DNA from: Octopus sinensis
Lineage: Eukaryota
Assembly (NCBI RefSeq): GCF_006345805.1
Contig: NC_042998.1
Span: 64,418,001 to 64,482,000 of the forward strand
Direction of reading: 5' to 3'
DNA length: 64,000 nucleotides
The notes under the pieces were generated by a model. It was not told the origin of the DNA. It searched no databases and worked only from the letters and a program-made list of their open reading frames with translations. This document shows positions 52,501 to 64,000 of the stretch, in pieces. A program made the translations under genes and the position numbers. Each line of letters begins with the position of its first letter. Position 1 is the stretch's first letter.

Positions 52501-53310
52501 CAAAATTTCACTATAAAATCTAAGAAGATTCAAAATAGAAATCTGCAATTAGACATGAAAAAATTGACATTTCTACTGGTATCCATTTCATGGTTTTAAA
52601 TCGGTGAAATGATAGTGTTTCCCAGTAATGGAATTAATTTAGTGATATAATTAATGAATATGTAATTACAACCAAACAGGTTACTACAGATAAACGAAGA
52701 AAAATAACAGAATTGTTCCAGACATAAATGATTGATTAGTTTTCTGTAAACTTTCAACTCAATTTTGTCTTGGTATTCCAGGGGGCAAAGTATTCATAAT
52801 GTTAAACATTATAATACGCTGCATTTAGTCCATGCGAATTAAGCTACTTACACTGGCATATAACCTGTCTCTTTAATAACTATGTTATTAATATAGGTAG
52901 GAGACATCCTAGCAATGACTGAACTGGTATTACGATTACTGGTATTGTTCGTAGCGGTTATGTTGTGCAGAATCGTGACAGGTTGTGATGTGATGATAAT
53001 ATTGGATATAGAATAGATGCATTCGCAGTTTATATCTTTGGTTTCTCTTGGAATTGTTAGCACTGCTGCAGTAATTAGGTTAATGAACTTGTTTTCGATG
53101 GAATTGGTCGCCATAGAAATCATTCTATCTGAAGTGATTTTGAATGCTTTGACGTTGCTGTTGATAAAATCATTTTATGGAATTATACAAAATGATCTCA
53201 TGCTGATGAACACGATATTATATAAAACTTTTATTACTTGTGTATAGTTTGTATATTATATATATATTATATTATATATATATCTATCTATTATATATAT
53301 TATATATTTG

Positions 53311-53368
<58 letters not shown>

Positions 53369-54621
53369 TGTATTGATGGAAGAATTAACCAAGACATAAT
53401 TTCTACACGGAAATCAAATTGTTACGCTGGTGCTAACATGCATAACATTGTGAGCTCCGCCAGTTAAATTCATTAGAAACATACTCGCATTTAAATGAAT
53501 CATCGATTAGCCAAATAACATTCGGTATAGAAAGACAAGGAAGACAATACCGACTTTTAAAACGATGTTATCAATACGAGAGTAACAGCGAATGAGAGTG
53601 CATTTGTGAAAATGTTATGGCAACGCCAGACGCCGTATGACCTAAGAATTTTATTTCAACTTGTTCAAGTTCTTGATTAATGGCATTATGTTATCATAGA
53701 TGAACTGTGCTAGTATTACAACAACGCCAAATATTCTTCTTGTCTAATATCGGGTGCGATAATGTTATCCGCATTATTTAACAAGTGTCGTGCATTAAGG
53801 CGTCGAGAATACTGAAAGTCTCTTTAAATATGTTGCTTTGGTTGCTTACACTAAGGCCATATCAGACTGTACTTGACTCTCTTTGACTGTATTCAAATTA
53901 AATCTAACTGCGACCTTTCCTCTGTACTAGGAGTCTCTCGGAGTTATATTATCAGATATTATAATAAACGTTACGGGTGCATCGCGATATCTTCCATTTA
54001 TCAGTCGGTTATTTTTAGAATATAAACCTAATTATATTGCCAAACTTCAAATATAAGAAATGCTGACTTTCATATTGTAATGTTTAGATATTTTATTCTA
54101 TATTCATAAAAGGCAATATTGACAATTATATAACATTATACAAAAAATATTATTGCTATTGAAATACTGTAATGCGGAACTCTTAATAATAAGATGCAGA
54201 ATCTGTTTTAAAACTATTGTCAATGTGAAGCTTCTGTGCAAATCTTTCCATTGTACACGCACAGATACATTATTCCCTTTAATTACTCTTTATCTATAAA
54301 GTTGCAACAGATTCTGTGCTCACCATTTTTGCTTAACGGCTTAAACATACAGTCACCAGCAACATGCTGTATTAAAACCGACCGAAACTGAATTTATTTA
54401 GCGAAATATCCCTTAAAACATCATCTGAGAGATGCGTCTACACTAAGGGAAGCTCCACAACCAGTTGTACAGTATCCCACTCGCGAGGGATCGATTTCAA
54501 ATGCAACGTAACGATCGTTGTGAGCAATAAAGTTTCTCGCATTTTCCATTTTCCGTCTCTATCACTTGTTATATATACATACATACATACATACATACAT
54601 ACATACATACATACATACTAC

Positions 54622-54677
<56 letters not shown>

Positions 54678-54714
54678 TATATATATTATATATATATATA
54701 TATAATATATATAT

Positions 54715-55078
54715 ATTTCATTGGACGAATATGTGTCCCCATCTTGTTTGATGTTACCAAAACGTTTCGGCTTATTTAGTAGCCCGCTCTCTTAACAATT
54801 ATACTATAAGCCTGTGGTAAAAGGCTACTGACTCCAAGATTCCGAGTTCAATTGCAGACAGTACCTTGAATAATAATAATGATAATAATAACATCACTAA
54901 AAATACCTTAGGAATCAGAACCTAAGGTTGAGTTCAAAATTCTACCAGGACGCCTGATGAAGCCTGGAGAGTAAGTCAGCCGAAACGTTGTGATAGAAAC
55001 AAACATGATGACACATAACCGTCCAATGTAAATAATGGAAATAATGTACAGAATTCATCATCTCTAAAATAAAGAACA
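54715..55078 (+). mobile_element. tRNA-head / (AAT)n / hammerhead-tail element (copy 3) with inverted 5' piece
   Basis: Inverted tail fragment 54715-54772, inverted head fragment 54773-54806, head remainder with GAGTTCAATTGC, (AAT)n 54869-54891, linker AACATCACTAAAAATACCTTAGGAATCAGAACC, HHR, tail to ...CATCATCTCTAAAATAAAGAAC. Confidence 0.75.
54949..54994 (+). ncRNA. Minimal PLE-type hammerhead motif (core intact)
   Basis: GACGC-CTGATGA(54954-60)-a-GCCTG...CAGCC-GAAACGTT(54982-89)-GTGAT. Confidence 0.6.
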
Positions 55079-55144
55079 GAATAATGTGTGTATCGGGATT
55101 TATGAAAACACGCACACACGCGAGCAGACATACACAGAGACACA

Positions 55145-55210
<66 letters not shown>

Positions 55211-55539
55211 ATATATATATATTCATACATGTACTAAGCCATAATATGCATAGCAACTAAGATAATTAAAATATCAACTGAACAAAATGAATATATCAAT
55301 GAGCTACAAATAATCTAGATATGTTGAAGGTTAACAAGAGAACTGCATGAAAATGTTAAATGTGAGATAATACAAAATGTAATACGATATTGATAACATC
55401 TAAAAATGCATGTTTCTTCTTCATTGACCTATGGTGAATGTAGTTTTGATCAGGAAGTATTGTTGTCATCAAAGAGTATCTAATGGTCATCAGCTGTTTC
55501 GACTCTCAAACGTAACACGCACAGAACGACCAAACTACT

Positions 55540-56030
55540 ACTCGTTATCTCCTCTTGGCCTCCAAATTAACTCGTTTCTCTTATTCTATAGCCAGTAAGA
55601 AAGAGTCTCTTTCGGTTGCCTCTCTCATCCTGTGGACATCTACATTCTGCTCGTTTCATCTTAATAGAATAACTGCTAGCATTCTCCATACAGCCTGGGA
55701 AAAGAATCCCCTTCAACCCAGCTTTCGTGACTTAAGTTATGGTTGCTGTAACTTACCCATGCAATAGGTTATGGTACTTGGTACAATTCCACCCATAGGC
55801 TTCATTGCAACCTTATTCTAACGATACTGTAAGTTCGATCACAATAACTTTCCTTGCGTTTTCAAACCACAAAACTACATATGGCCTTAGGGTTGTTTGG
55901 ATAATCTGGGGAAACTGCGATCTTACTCTGTCCCAATCTATTTTCATATACCACGATTGTACACATGTAACGTAAACAGTTATTCTGCAGGAGTTGGTGT
56001 ATTTCAAATGCACGATTTATGGGTATCGTG
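55540..56030 (-). pseudogene. HERO/NeSL-like non-LTR REL endonuclease remnant
   Basis: FPQIIQTTLRPYVVLWFENARKVIVIELTVSLE*GCNEAY...KY resembles LRPD.VLWS...K.V..IELTVPWEE...EA...K..KY. Confidence 0.6.
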
Positions 56031-56589
56031 GAGCATCGTAAGTCTAACTGGTGTTATTACTTAATTTAATATCAATAAAGACAACATGAGAAAAGTTCAA
56101 TTACTGAGGTAACCTGATAATTTTAAAATATTCCGAAAACAACATGTTGTTATTACTCAAATAATGAACTAGGGTACCTTTATTGTAGTGACATATTGTG
56201 ACAATATAATTCTAGAAAAAGAACTGTTTTTTCGCCTAAATAAACATTCCCTTACTCATCTGGTGATATTTGTTTCACCGTATTCCTCGGTATTAAAACC
56301 ATGCATTAGTTTTCATTCTACAAAACTTGTGGATATTTCTAATACATCATTGAAGAGGATATTATCCAAAAAAATTATTTATGTATGTTTTATCGCTTTA
56401 TCTTTAATTGAGATTGTTGCATCACGTTGTCAAATATGCAGTTAGTGTTACGACGAAGATAGCTTTGTAATATTACACTTTCTGAAGTCTGTAGTCTTAT
56501 CGAAGAGACCTGGTAGTGTGATGGTGCTCTATTCGTGTTTGTAGCGATTATCAAACAAGTTGTAGGTCAATGTTATGATCATATGTAAG

Positions 56590-56860
56590 ATAGCGAGCTG
56601 GCAGAGTCGTTAGTACCCCGCGCAAAATGCTTAGTGCCTCTTGAAAGAACTCTCAAATATGACAAGACAAGCACTTGACTGGAACCTGCAGAGGGAAAGG
56701 AAGCGAGAACGCCCGAAGCAGACATGGAAGCGGAGCATTTCGGACGATCTCAGGCCCACCGGCCTGACGAAGGAAGCAGCCAAGAAACACGACAATGACC
56801 GCTAAGAGTGGAAAACAGCTGTTGAAGCCTTATGCCCCACAAAGGGCAAAAGGATTAAGA
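56590..56860 (+). mobile_element. Short SINE family C head abutting RTE-BovB-type 3' end
   Basis: GCGAGCTGGCAGAGTCGTTAG head, then RQALDWN.Q..RKR.RPKQTWKRSI..DL...W...VEALCPTKG (frameshift-corrected). Confidence 0.72.
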
Positions 56861-58640
56861 AAAAGATAAAAAGATCACGAATCTACTGTAAAATGCAGCT
56901 GGAACGTCGAAGCAGGTGACACAAGCACTACTGATGGCACTACTACTATTTCTCTCTGAAATTTCATCACTACATTACGTTCCCAAGTAAGCATATCGTT
57001 AGTGTTCTCTTTCAGGATGTTTAAAAATCTGACATATGAACTGAACCCTGTCTATAATATCTCTTATAACGCAACATCGCATTATTTTGAACACTGGGAC
57101 AAGATTCGTGAAGAACAGAGCTGTTTAGTTTTTAACAAAACTTGAGAATGTTCATCAAACTGTTAGGCTTAGAAGACCACTTTTAGTTGTTCGTAACAGA
57201 CGGTGCTAAGATTAAGAAATAAGCCTCAGCCGATAAAATATCTTAAGTAGATAAGCTACAAAAATATTTACAAAAGTATAGGAACTCTTATCAGGATTAG
57301 GCTTCTAATATTCACGCCCACCTCCCCGCAACGAAAGATCCTACTCTGTGTACATCACTTTTTATGCACGCAGCTACACTACTGCTACATTTAGACCTGG
57401 TTACAATAAAGTGGTCGTATTTTATTCAATTGCAAACCACATCACGTGCAGATAAAATTGAACAAACAAACAAAAAATTGTTCAAATACATTGCTCTTAA
57501 AAGAAAACATCATTCTTCCTACATGTTTTTGAGGTGTCAATTTAGTGACACGGAGTTTATGTTTTGTTATATTTCCAGCAATGTACGATGTATCACGCAT
57601 TAAAAACTCTGCTGGAGAATGTTATGTAACCTTTTCTTTGGCAGTTTTAAGAAAGAAAATACAAGCATTAACGGTTATCTTCCTTTTTATCTTTAGTTGA
57701 ACAGATAGACAAATATACGTTTCGTCTGTCGTTAACACAATAAATAAGAGCTCTTCAAATGTTGTTGAAAACAGTAACCCGAGCAACAAAAAATAAACTA
57801 GTAGCTAAATGTAAATATATAAGTATAAAGAAATAAATCCATTCTGTGATAAACTAGAATTGTAAACAGCTGGTTTTTTACAAAGTTAAAAAGAGGAAAT
57901 AGTTCCATGTTTTCATATTATTTTCACACATTTAATGTCAAAGCATAGTATTTCAAGAGACATACAAATAAGAAGAGAGAGGAAAAGATGTGAGGAATTT
58001 GCAAACAGGAAATATCCTAAGATAAAGATGTAATAAAAGAATGAGAGGGAGATTAAATGAGGTTGGATTTATAAAAAAGAAATAGATTATGAATGCAGAT
58101 GCGGTGAACAACAATGATATAACGATAGTTGTAAGGTTGTCGATTCGCATGGAAGGAGAGAACCGTTGAAATTTAAAGGATTTGCAAGTATTCGAAGGCA
58201 GTAAATAGAAATAAAATACTACGTACCATCCAAACGTACGCGCAAACACAAAAAAAACATACACATATGGAACGGAAATACAACAAATAGAAACATATTC
58301 GTCACACACAAAGGTAAATGCATTTACACTTTGATGCAGACATTTTACACACACACGGCCGATATATATATAACCCGAACAACATAAATAATAAAATTAA
58401 TAAATAAAATAATATATAAATATAAAAATATACATACATATGTATATATATATATACATATAAATTATATATATTTGTATATATATATTTAAAATTTATA
58501 AGTTTAAATTATTTAAATAATTTTTTAATTTTTAACTTTCATATTTAAAAATTAATATTATGTATTGGCTTATGTTTTCCACTGTTTGACTTGCCTAATA
58601 GTGGTTTTATCTCTAATTTAATATAATATAATATATATAT

Positions 58641-58686
<46 letters not shown>

Positions 58687-58899
58687 TTTTGTGGAAGTTA
58701 GAAAAATTATTCAGTATTATTTATTCACCAGTACTCATGTTCCATTTGCTAATAGAAATTACAAATGCATACTGCATCATAACGAAAGGAAATGTGCTTC
58801 ATGCGGTTCCAGCTTGAATTTTACTCAACCAACATAATCTGTGTGTGTATGTGTGCATATGTGTGAATACATACATACATACATACATATATATATATT

Positions 58900-58956
<57 letters not shown>

Positions 58957-58957
<1 letters not shown>

Positions 58958-59996
58958 AAATAGTAAAAAGTAAAAAAACTACAGAAGGTTTAAAGGTTAA
59001 AAAATATATATATTTGCGTCAATATGTCTGAAGAATATTAAAAAAGTTTTTTCGTACAATGACATAGTTTAGAAGAAAGACCGGTTTCGCGTTTAGCTTT
59101 TCAAATTTCTTACGACGTTATGTTTATGTTGAATAGAGTTATCGTTATGTTTATGTGTTCTAAATAAGGGGAGGTAATGAGTGATTTCTTCCGGTGTAAG
59201 GGAGATAATCGCTTAATTTTTTTTCCTTTCCCTTGGTGTGAATTTCTCTGTATCAGTATGTTGGCATGGTTAAGTCTGGGCTTGTACTTTTCAATGAAGA
59301 ATGTTTCCTTGTTTAGTCTAATTTGTGTTGATGATCCGATAGCACATTGGTAAAATGGAAAGATTAAAAATTGTGGTAGTAGTTGCTTTGCGCATTTCTC
59401 AATGTGCTCACTAAAAGTTATTCTGTATTCTGGGAATGCAATCTGTTGTCGATGCAGTGTGCATCTACGTCTGAGTGATAGTCCCGTGGATCCCACGTAG
59501 TCTTGGTGGCAGCCCGAGCATTTTATGACATAAATTATGTTTTCAGAGGCACAAGTAAAGTTAGATTTCTGTCCCTCTTTAAAGAGGAATTCTGATCCTT
59601 CTAGCAGGTTTGGACATGTTGCACACTTCGATCTACCACATTTTTTTACTTTTGCATCCGTAATTTCAGAAAACAATTTTGCCTTTGTGAGAATCTTTTT
59701 AAGTGATTTAGGTTGTTTGTAGCTTTTCTCTCTTCTTTTTCACAGGTATCCTTCCAATGATCTAATGTATTTTCGAGGGTTTGTCCCTCGGCATGTTTTT
59801 GTATTATATTGTGCATCGCCTCGTCGATGCTTTTAAATTTTCCCTCATTTGTGGAGGCCCTTAGTCTTAGAAGCTCAATTTCTGATGTTAAATTGAACAG
59901 AGCTGACTTTTCCCTAATAGTTCTCTGTCCGTCAGGCTCGTTAGGAATTAATTTTATCTGGAATTTGCGTGGGAGGATAATTGGTGTTGAGTTCAT
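58957..59996 (-). mobile_element. Penelope-like element, inverted (leftward) part: N-terminal ORF piece fused to GIY-YIG endonuclease and 3' UTR
   Basis: ORF 59110-59676: KCGRSKCATC...NIIYVIKCSGCHQDYVGSTG..LRRR..LH...ETFFIEKYKPRLN. ORF 59646-59996 is a probable N-terminal segment. Confidence 0.9.
59073..59111 (-). ncRNA. Variant hammerhead motif in PLE 3' UTR (left arm)
   Basis: AAGAAA-t-TTGAAAA-GC-taaac-GC-GAAACCGGTC-TTTCTT; identical to 61345-61383. Confidence 0.5.
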
Positions 59997-61500
59997 CGAT
60001 AGCCATATCAGAGATGACTTAGATATGTTAAACCACCTTCCAAAAAAAGCCAGGGAAGAAACAATCCTGGTTTCATTTGATGTAGTTAACTTATATACCA
60101 GTATACCTCATAATTATGGACTAGAGGCAATACAGTTCTGGCTGGACCAATTTCCGGAAGAAATACCAAAAAGGATCAGTAAAGAATCCATTACTGAATC
60201 AATTGAATTCATCCTACATAATAACCACTTCATCTTTGACAATACATTTTACCGTAAAAAATCCGGAATTGCTATGGGTACAAGGGCAGCACCAGTCATT
60301 GCGAACCTAGCAATGGGCTACATGGAAATAATCATTTACCAGGAATCTTTATCAATCTTTGGAAACCCCCTTTCTCAATACATAAAAGAGAATTGGAAAC
60401 GATTCTTAGACGATTGTTTTATACTCTGGAATGAAAACACAGATAAATTCCTAAAATTTAAAAACCTATTGAACAGCATAAACCCAAATATACAGTTCAC
60501 AATGGAATACAACCAAAAGAAGCTCCCGTTCTTGGATATACTAATTAAAAAAATTAACCTTAAAATAGAAACAGAAATTTTTTACAAAGCCACAGACGCC
60601 AAAACAATACCTTCTTTTTAATTCATGCCACCCAAGACACACTAAAACAAACATCCCCTTCAACCTTGCAAGAAGGATATGCACAATAGTGTCAGAACAA
60701 AATACCAGGAACTTTAGACTGCAAGAACTAAAAAACACCCTAATTGACAGACATTACCCAGCTCAACTCATAGAGGATGGGATCAGACGTGCAACAGAAA
60801 TCAACATAGCAACTTTAAGAAATGTTCAACACAACAACACACCTTCCCCGAAAATACTACCTTACATATCTACATACAACCCCAGAAACAAAGAAGCCTC
60901 ACCATCATCACCCAGATTTACCAATACTTCATAAGGACCCCAAATTAAAGGAAATTCTAAACATACACCAAATCATTAAAAGCTACAAAACAACCTAAAT
61001 CACTTAAAAAGATTCTCACAAAGGCAAAATTGTTTTCTGAAATTACGGATGCAAAAGTAAAAAAATGTGGTAGATCGAAGTGTGCAACATGTCCAAACCT
61101 GCTAGAAGGATCAGAATTCCTCTTTAAAGAGGGACAGAAATTCAAGGTCAAATCTAACTTTACTAAGCCCAGACTTAACCATGCCAACATACTGATACAG
61201 AGAAATTCACACCAAGGGAAAGGAAAAAAAATTAAGCGATTATCTCCCTTACACCGGAAGAAATCACTCATTACCTCCCCTTATTTAGAACTCTTTTAAA
61301 CATAAACATAACGATAACTCTATTCAACATAAACATAACGTCGTAAGAAATTTGAAAAGCTAAACGCGAAACCGGTCTTTCTTCTAAACTATGTCATTGT
61401 ACGAAAAAACTTTTTTAATATTCTTCAGACATATTGACGCAAATATATATATATTTTAACCTTTAAGCCTTCTGTAGTTTTTTCACCTTTTACTATTTTT
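59997..61500 (+). mobile_element. Penelope-like element, rightward part: RT, linker, internally deleted endonuclease, 3' UTR
   Basis: ORF 59809-60621: LVSFDVVNLYTSIP, KSGIAMGTRAAPVIANLAMG, WKRFLDDCFILW, NIQFTME..LPFLD (PLE RT). Continues 60689-60934 (YISTYNP) and 61030-61299. Confidence 0.93.
61345..61383 (+). ncRNA. Variant hammerhead motif in PLE 3' UTR (right arm)
   Basis: Stem I AAGAAA/TTTCTT, core TTGAAAA (U3, A8), 2-bp stem II, GAAA, palindromic ACCGGT stem III, GUC triplet. Confidence 0.5.
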
Positions 61501-61534
61501 ATATTCAACCACGTGCTTTCACAAACCAACTTTC

Positions 61535-61613
<79 letters not shown>

Positions 61614-61626
61614 TTACACAGTCATA

Positions 61627-61763
61627 GGAGTGCCTGTGTGGTAAGAAGCTTGTTTACGAACCACATAGTTCAGGGTTCAGTCCTACTGCGTGGTACCTAG
61701 GGCAAGTGTCGACCAAAGTCATGTGAGTGGATATGGTAGACGGCAGCTGAAAGAAACCCGTCG

Positions 61764-61802
<39 letters not shown>

Positions 61803-62000
61803 GTATATGTGTGTGTATATGTTTGTGTGTCTGTGTTTGTCCCCCAACATCGCTTGACAACCGATGCTGGTGTGTTTACGATCCCGTAACATTAGCGGTT
61901 TGGCAAAGGAGAACGATAAACTAAATACTAGGCTTACAAATAATAAGTCGTGGGAGTGATTTGCTCGACTAAATGTGGTGACTGAAACAAGTAAAAAGTA
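61627..62000 (+). mobile_element. SINE family A, full length
   Basis: Head GGAGTGCCTGTGTGGTAAGAAGCTTG...GGGTTCAGTCCTACTGCGTGG, internal (TG)n, body and tail GACTGAAACAAGTAAAAAGTA. Confidence 0.9.
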
Positions 62001-62487
62001 TATAATGATATGAACGCTTATATTTTACAATAAATAACGCGAGTACGCATACGCACATATCTCCTGCAAATCTGAAATTATAATCAATTCAATCCCTAAC
62101 ATATCGTAATGTGATTGCATTTCATTGACTTCATAATGCATGGGCGGATTTTTCAACCGATTCCAACGATTTTTATATAAAAATAACGGGGTGTTTTTGC
62201 TCTTTCTGCTGTTAAATAAAACTATAGAAAGCAAAAAATGTGCACACAATTTATTATAACTGAACCTTAGCAAAGAGTATGTTTTGTATTTCATTGCAAA
62301 ATCACTTCGATTCAGTTTTTCAATCTTAAAATCATTAATGTATAGAATTATATTTATCTCATCCATACAAAAAATTTACCGAAGATTCTATAGGATTTAA
62401 CATTTAATCAATAACATTCATATCTCTATATACGCCTTACTGAATACTATAAGTTTGAGCTTCAACAACTTAGAGTATATATATATA

Positions 62488-63520
62488 CTGTCTTCGGACC
62501 ACTGCTTTTTATAGTGGCCCTCTCAGATATGCCCTCAAAAGCCCGGATAGCCACTCTGGCCAGCTATGCAGACGATACGAAAGTCTCGCAGAAAATACAG
62601 AACCCCAGCGATGTTGCACACCTGCAGCAGGAGTTGAATTCAATCTACAGATGGGCTGAGGATAATAATATGCAGTTTAATGCTGAAAAATTCCAGGCGC
62701 TGCGCTACCAGCATCCAAAACCGAATATTAAACTTACAGGATACATCGGTCCACAGGGAATTTCAATCCCAGAGCCTAAGTCTGTGAGGGACCTGGGTAT
62801 CGACATGAGTGATGTTACCTCTTTCCAAGTGCTCATTACCAGGATGGCGACAAAGTGCATACGACTGGCTGGGTAGATCCTAAGAACATTCAGAACAAGA
62901 GATGAGGAAACCATGATGGTCCTCTGGCGGACATTCGTCCTCAGTCGCCTGGATTACTGCTCACAGCTATGGTCACCCACCAGTGTAAAATTAGCAGCGG
63001 ACCTTGAAGCAATCCAGAGAAGATTCACAAAGAAGATTGTCTCTTTGCAACAGCTCAGCTACTGGGAAAGGTTGAAACAGCTAAGACTCTACTCCCTGGA
63101 AAGAAGACGGGAGAGGTATGCAGTAATATATGTCTGGAAGATCCTGGAAGAATTTGTGCCTAATTTTGGCATTGTAAGCTACACCAATGCTAGAACGGGA
63201 CGACACTGCATAGTGCCAAAGATCCCAGCAATGCCATCACTCTTCAGGACCAACTTCTGCAACAGCCTGGGTTTCAAGGGCCCACAGCTTTTTAATATTC
63301 TCCCAAAGAGTCTGAGGAACTTGCAAATCAAAGCTGGACATCTTCCTGTCAAGAGTCCTAGATGAACCTACCTCACGGCAAGAGGTGCAAATGAGAGTAG
63401 CTGTATCAAACTCCATTCTTCACCAAGTGCCACATATTGGACGAGGTTCGTCGTTATAAAAGTGTAGCACAAAACGGCGGTGCATCATCATGGCCGCAGC
63501 TCTGTGCTGAAACTAGAAAA
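62488..63520 (+). mobile_element. CR1/L2-type LINE 3' fragment with intact 3' end
   Basis: LFGPLLFIVALSDMP, YADDTK, LDYCSQLWSP, SLERRRERY, SLGFKGPQLFN; ends GGCGGTGCATCATCATGGCCGCAGCTCTGTGCTGAAAC. Confidence 0.92.
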
Positions 63521-63626
63521 AAATATATATATATTACATATATATATGTATATATATATGTATATATATATACATAAATATATTCATATATATACATATA
63601 TATATATATATATTATATATATATTA

Positions 63627-63664
<38 letters not shown>

Positions 63665-63911
63665 TATATATATGTATATATATGTAGGTATGTGTATTAT
63701 ATATATTATATATATAAATATATTATATATATTATATATATATATATATAATATATATAATATATATATATATATTATATATATATGTATGTATATATAT
63801 AATATATATGTATGTATATATATATGTATATATATGTATATATATATATATATATAAATATATTATATATATATATATATACATATATATATTCATATAT
63901 ATACATATATG

Positions 63912-63951
<40 letters not shown>

Positions 63952-63960
63952 ATGTAATAA
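63521..63960. repeat. Degenerate (TA)n array
   Basis: Directly visible. Confidence 0.95.
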
Positions 63961-64000
63961 ATAAAAATATATGCATACATACAAACATATATGTACGTAC

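Noticed and set aside
52848-53247. Opposing 91-aa and 76-aa ORFs (T/N/I-rich)
   Set aside because: Composition is consistent with a decayed triplet repeat; no recognisable domain or splice signals.
55486-55510. Adjacent GAAAC and CTGATGA on the minus strand
   Set aside because: Only 2 nt separate them in the wrong order, leaving no room for stems I and III.
57710-57765. Minus-strand TTGAAGA...GAAACGTA motif
   Set aside because: No stem I pairing and poor stem II; cannot be distinguished from chance.
57953-58354. 133-aa hydrophobic minus-strand ORF
   Set aside because: Antisense of purine-rich AT sequence, no motif, no supporting exon structure.

Overview
AT-rich animal genomic DNA saturated with microsatellites. 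The SINE heads/tails and repeat mix look like an octopus or other coleoid cephalopod intron or intergenic region; the organism is my inference. I find no supportable host protein-coding gene, rRNA, genuine tRNA or CRISPR array. Every recognisable coding fragment is transposon-derived: three CR1/L2-type LINE pieces, seven R4/Dong-type pieces sitting in (AAT)n arrays, Penelope-like elements (PLE; RT plus GIY-YIG), RTE, HERO-like and L1-like remnants, mariner/Tc1 remnants and Helitron-like elements. At least four tRNA-derived SINE families and a MITE are also present. The main hunt result is a recurring set of hammerhead-ribozyme (HHR) motifs, most of them in inverted arrangements typical of Penelope pLTRs. 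(i) A non-coding element built as tRNA-like head + microsatellite spacer + HHR-containing tail occurs three times (31.0-32.5, 47.9-48.1, 54.7-55.1 kb), each with an inverted tail copy at its 5' end. It is a candidate Penelope-mobilised, ribozyme-bearing SINE. (ii) A canonical type I HHR lies in both arms of a 3.7-kb foldback (2.1-5.75 kb). (iii) A head-to-head PLE at 59.0-61.5 kb has arms with complementary deletions and a variant HHR core. All alignments and folds were done by eye; nothing was searched or computed beyond the supplied ORF track.
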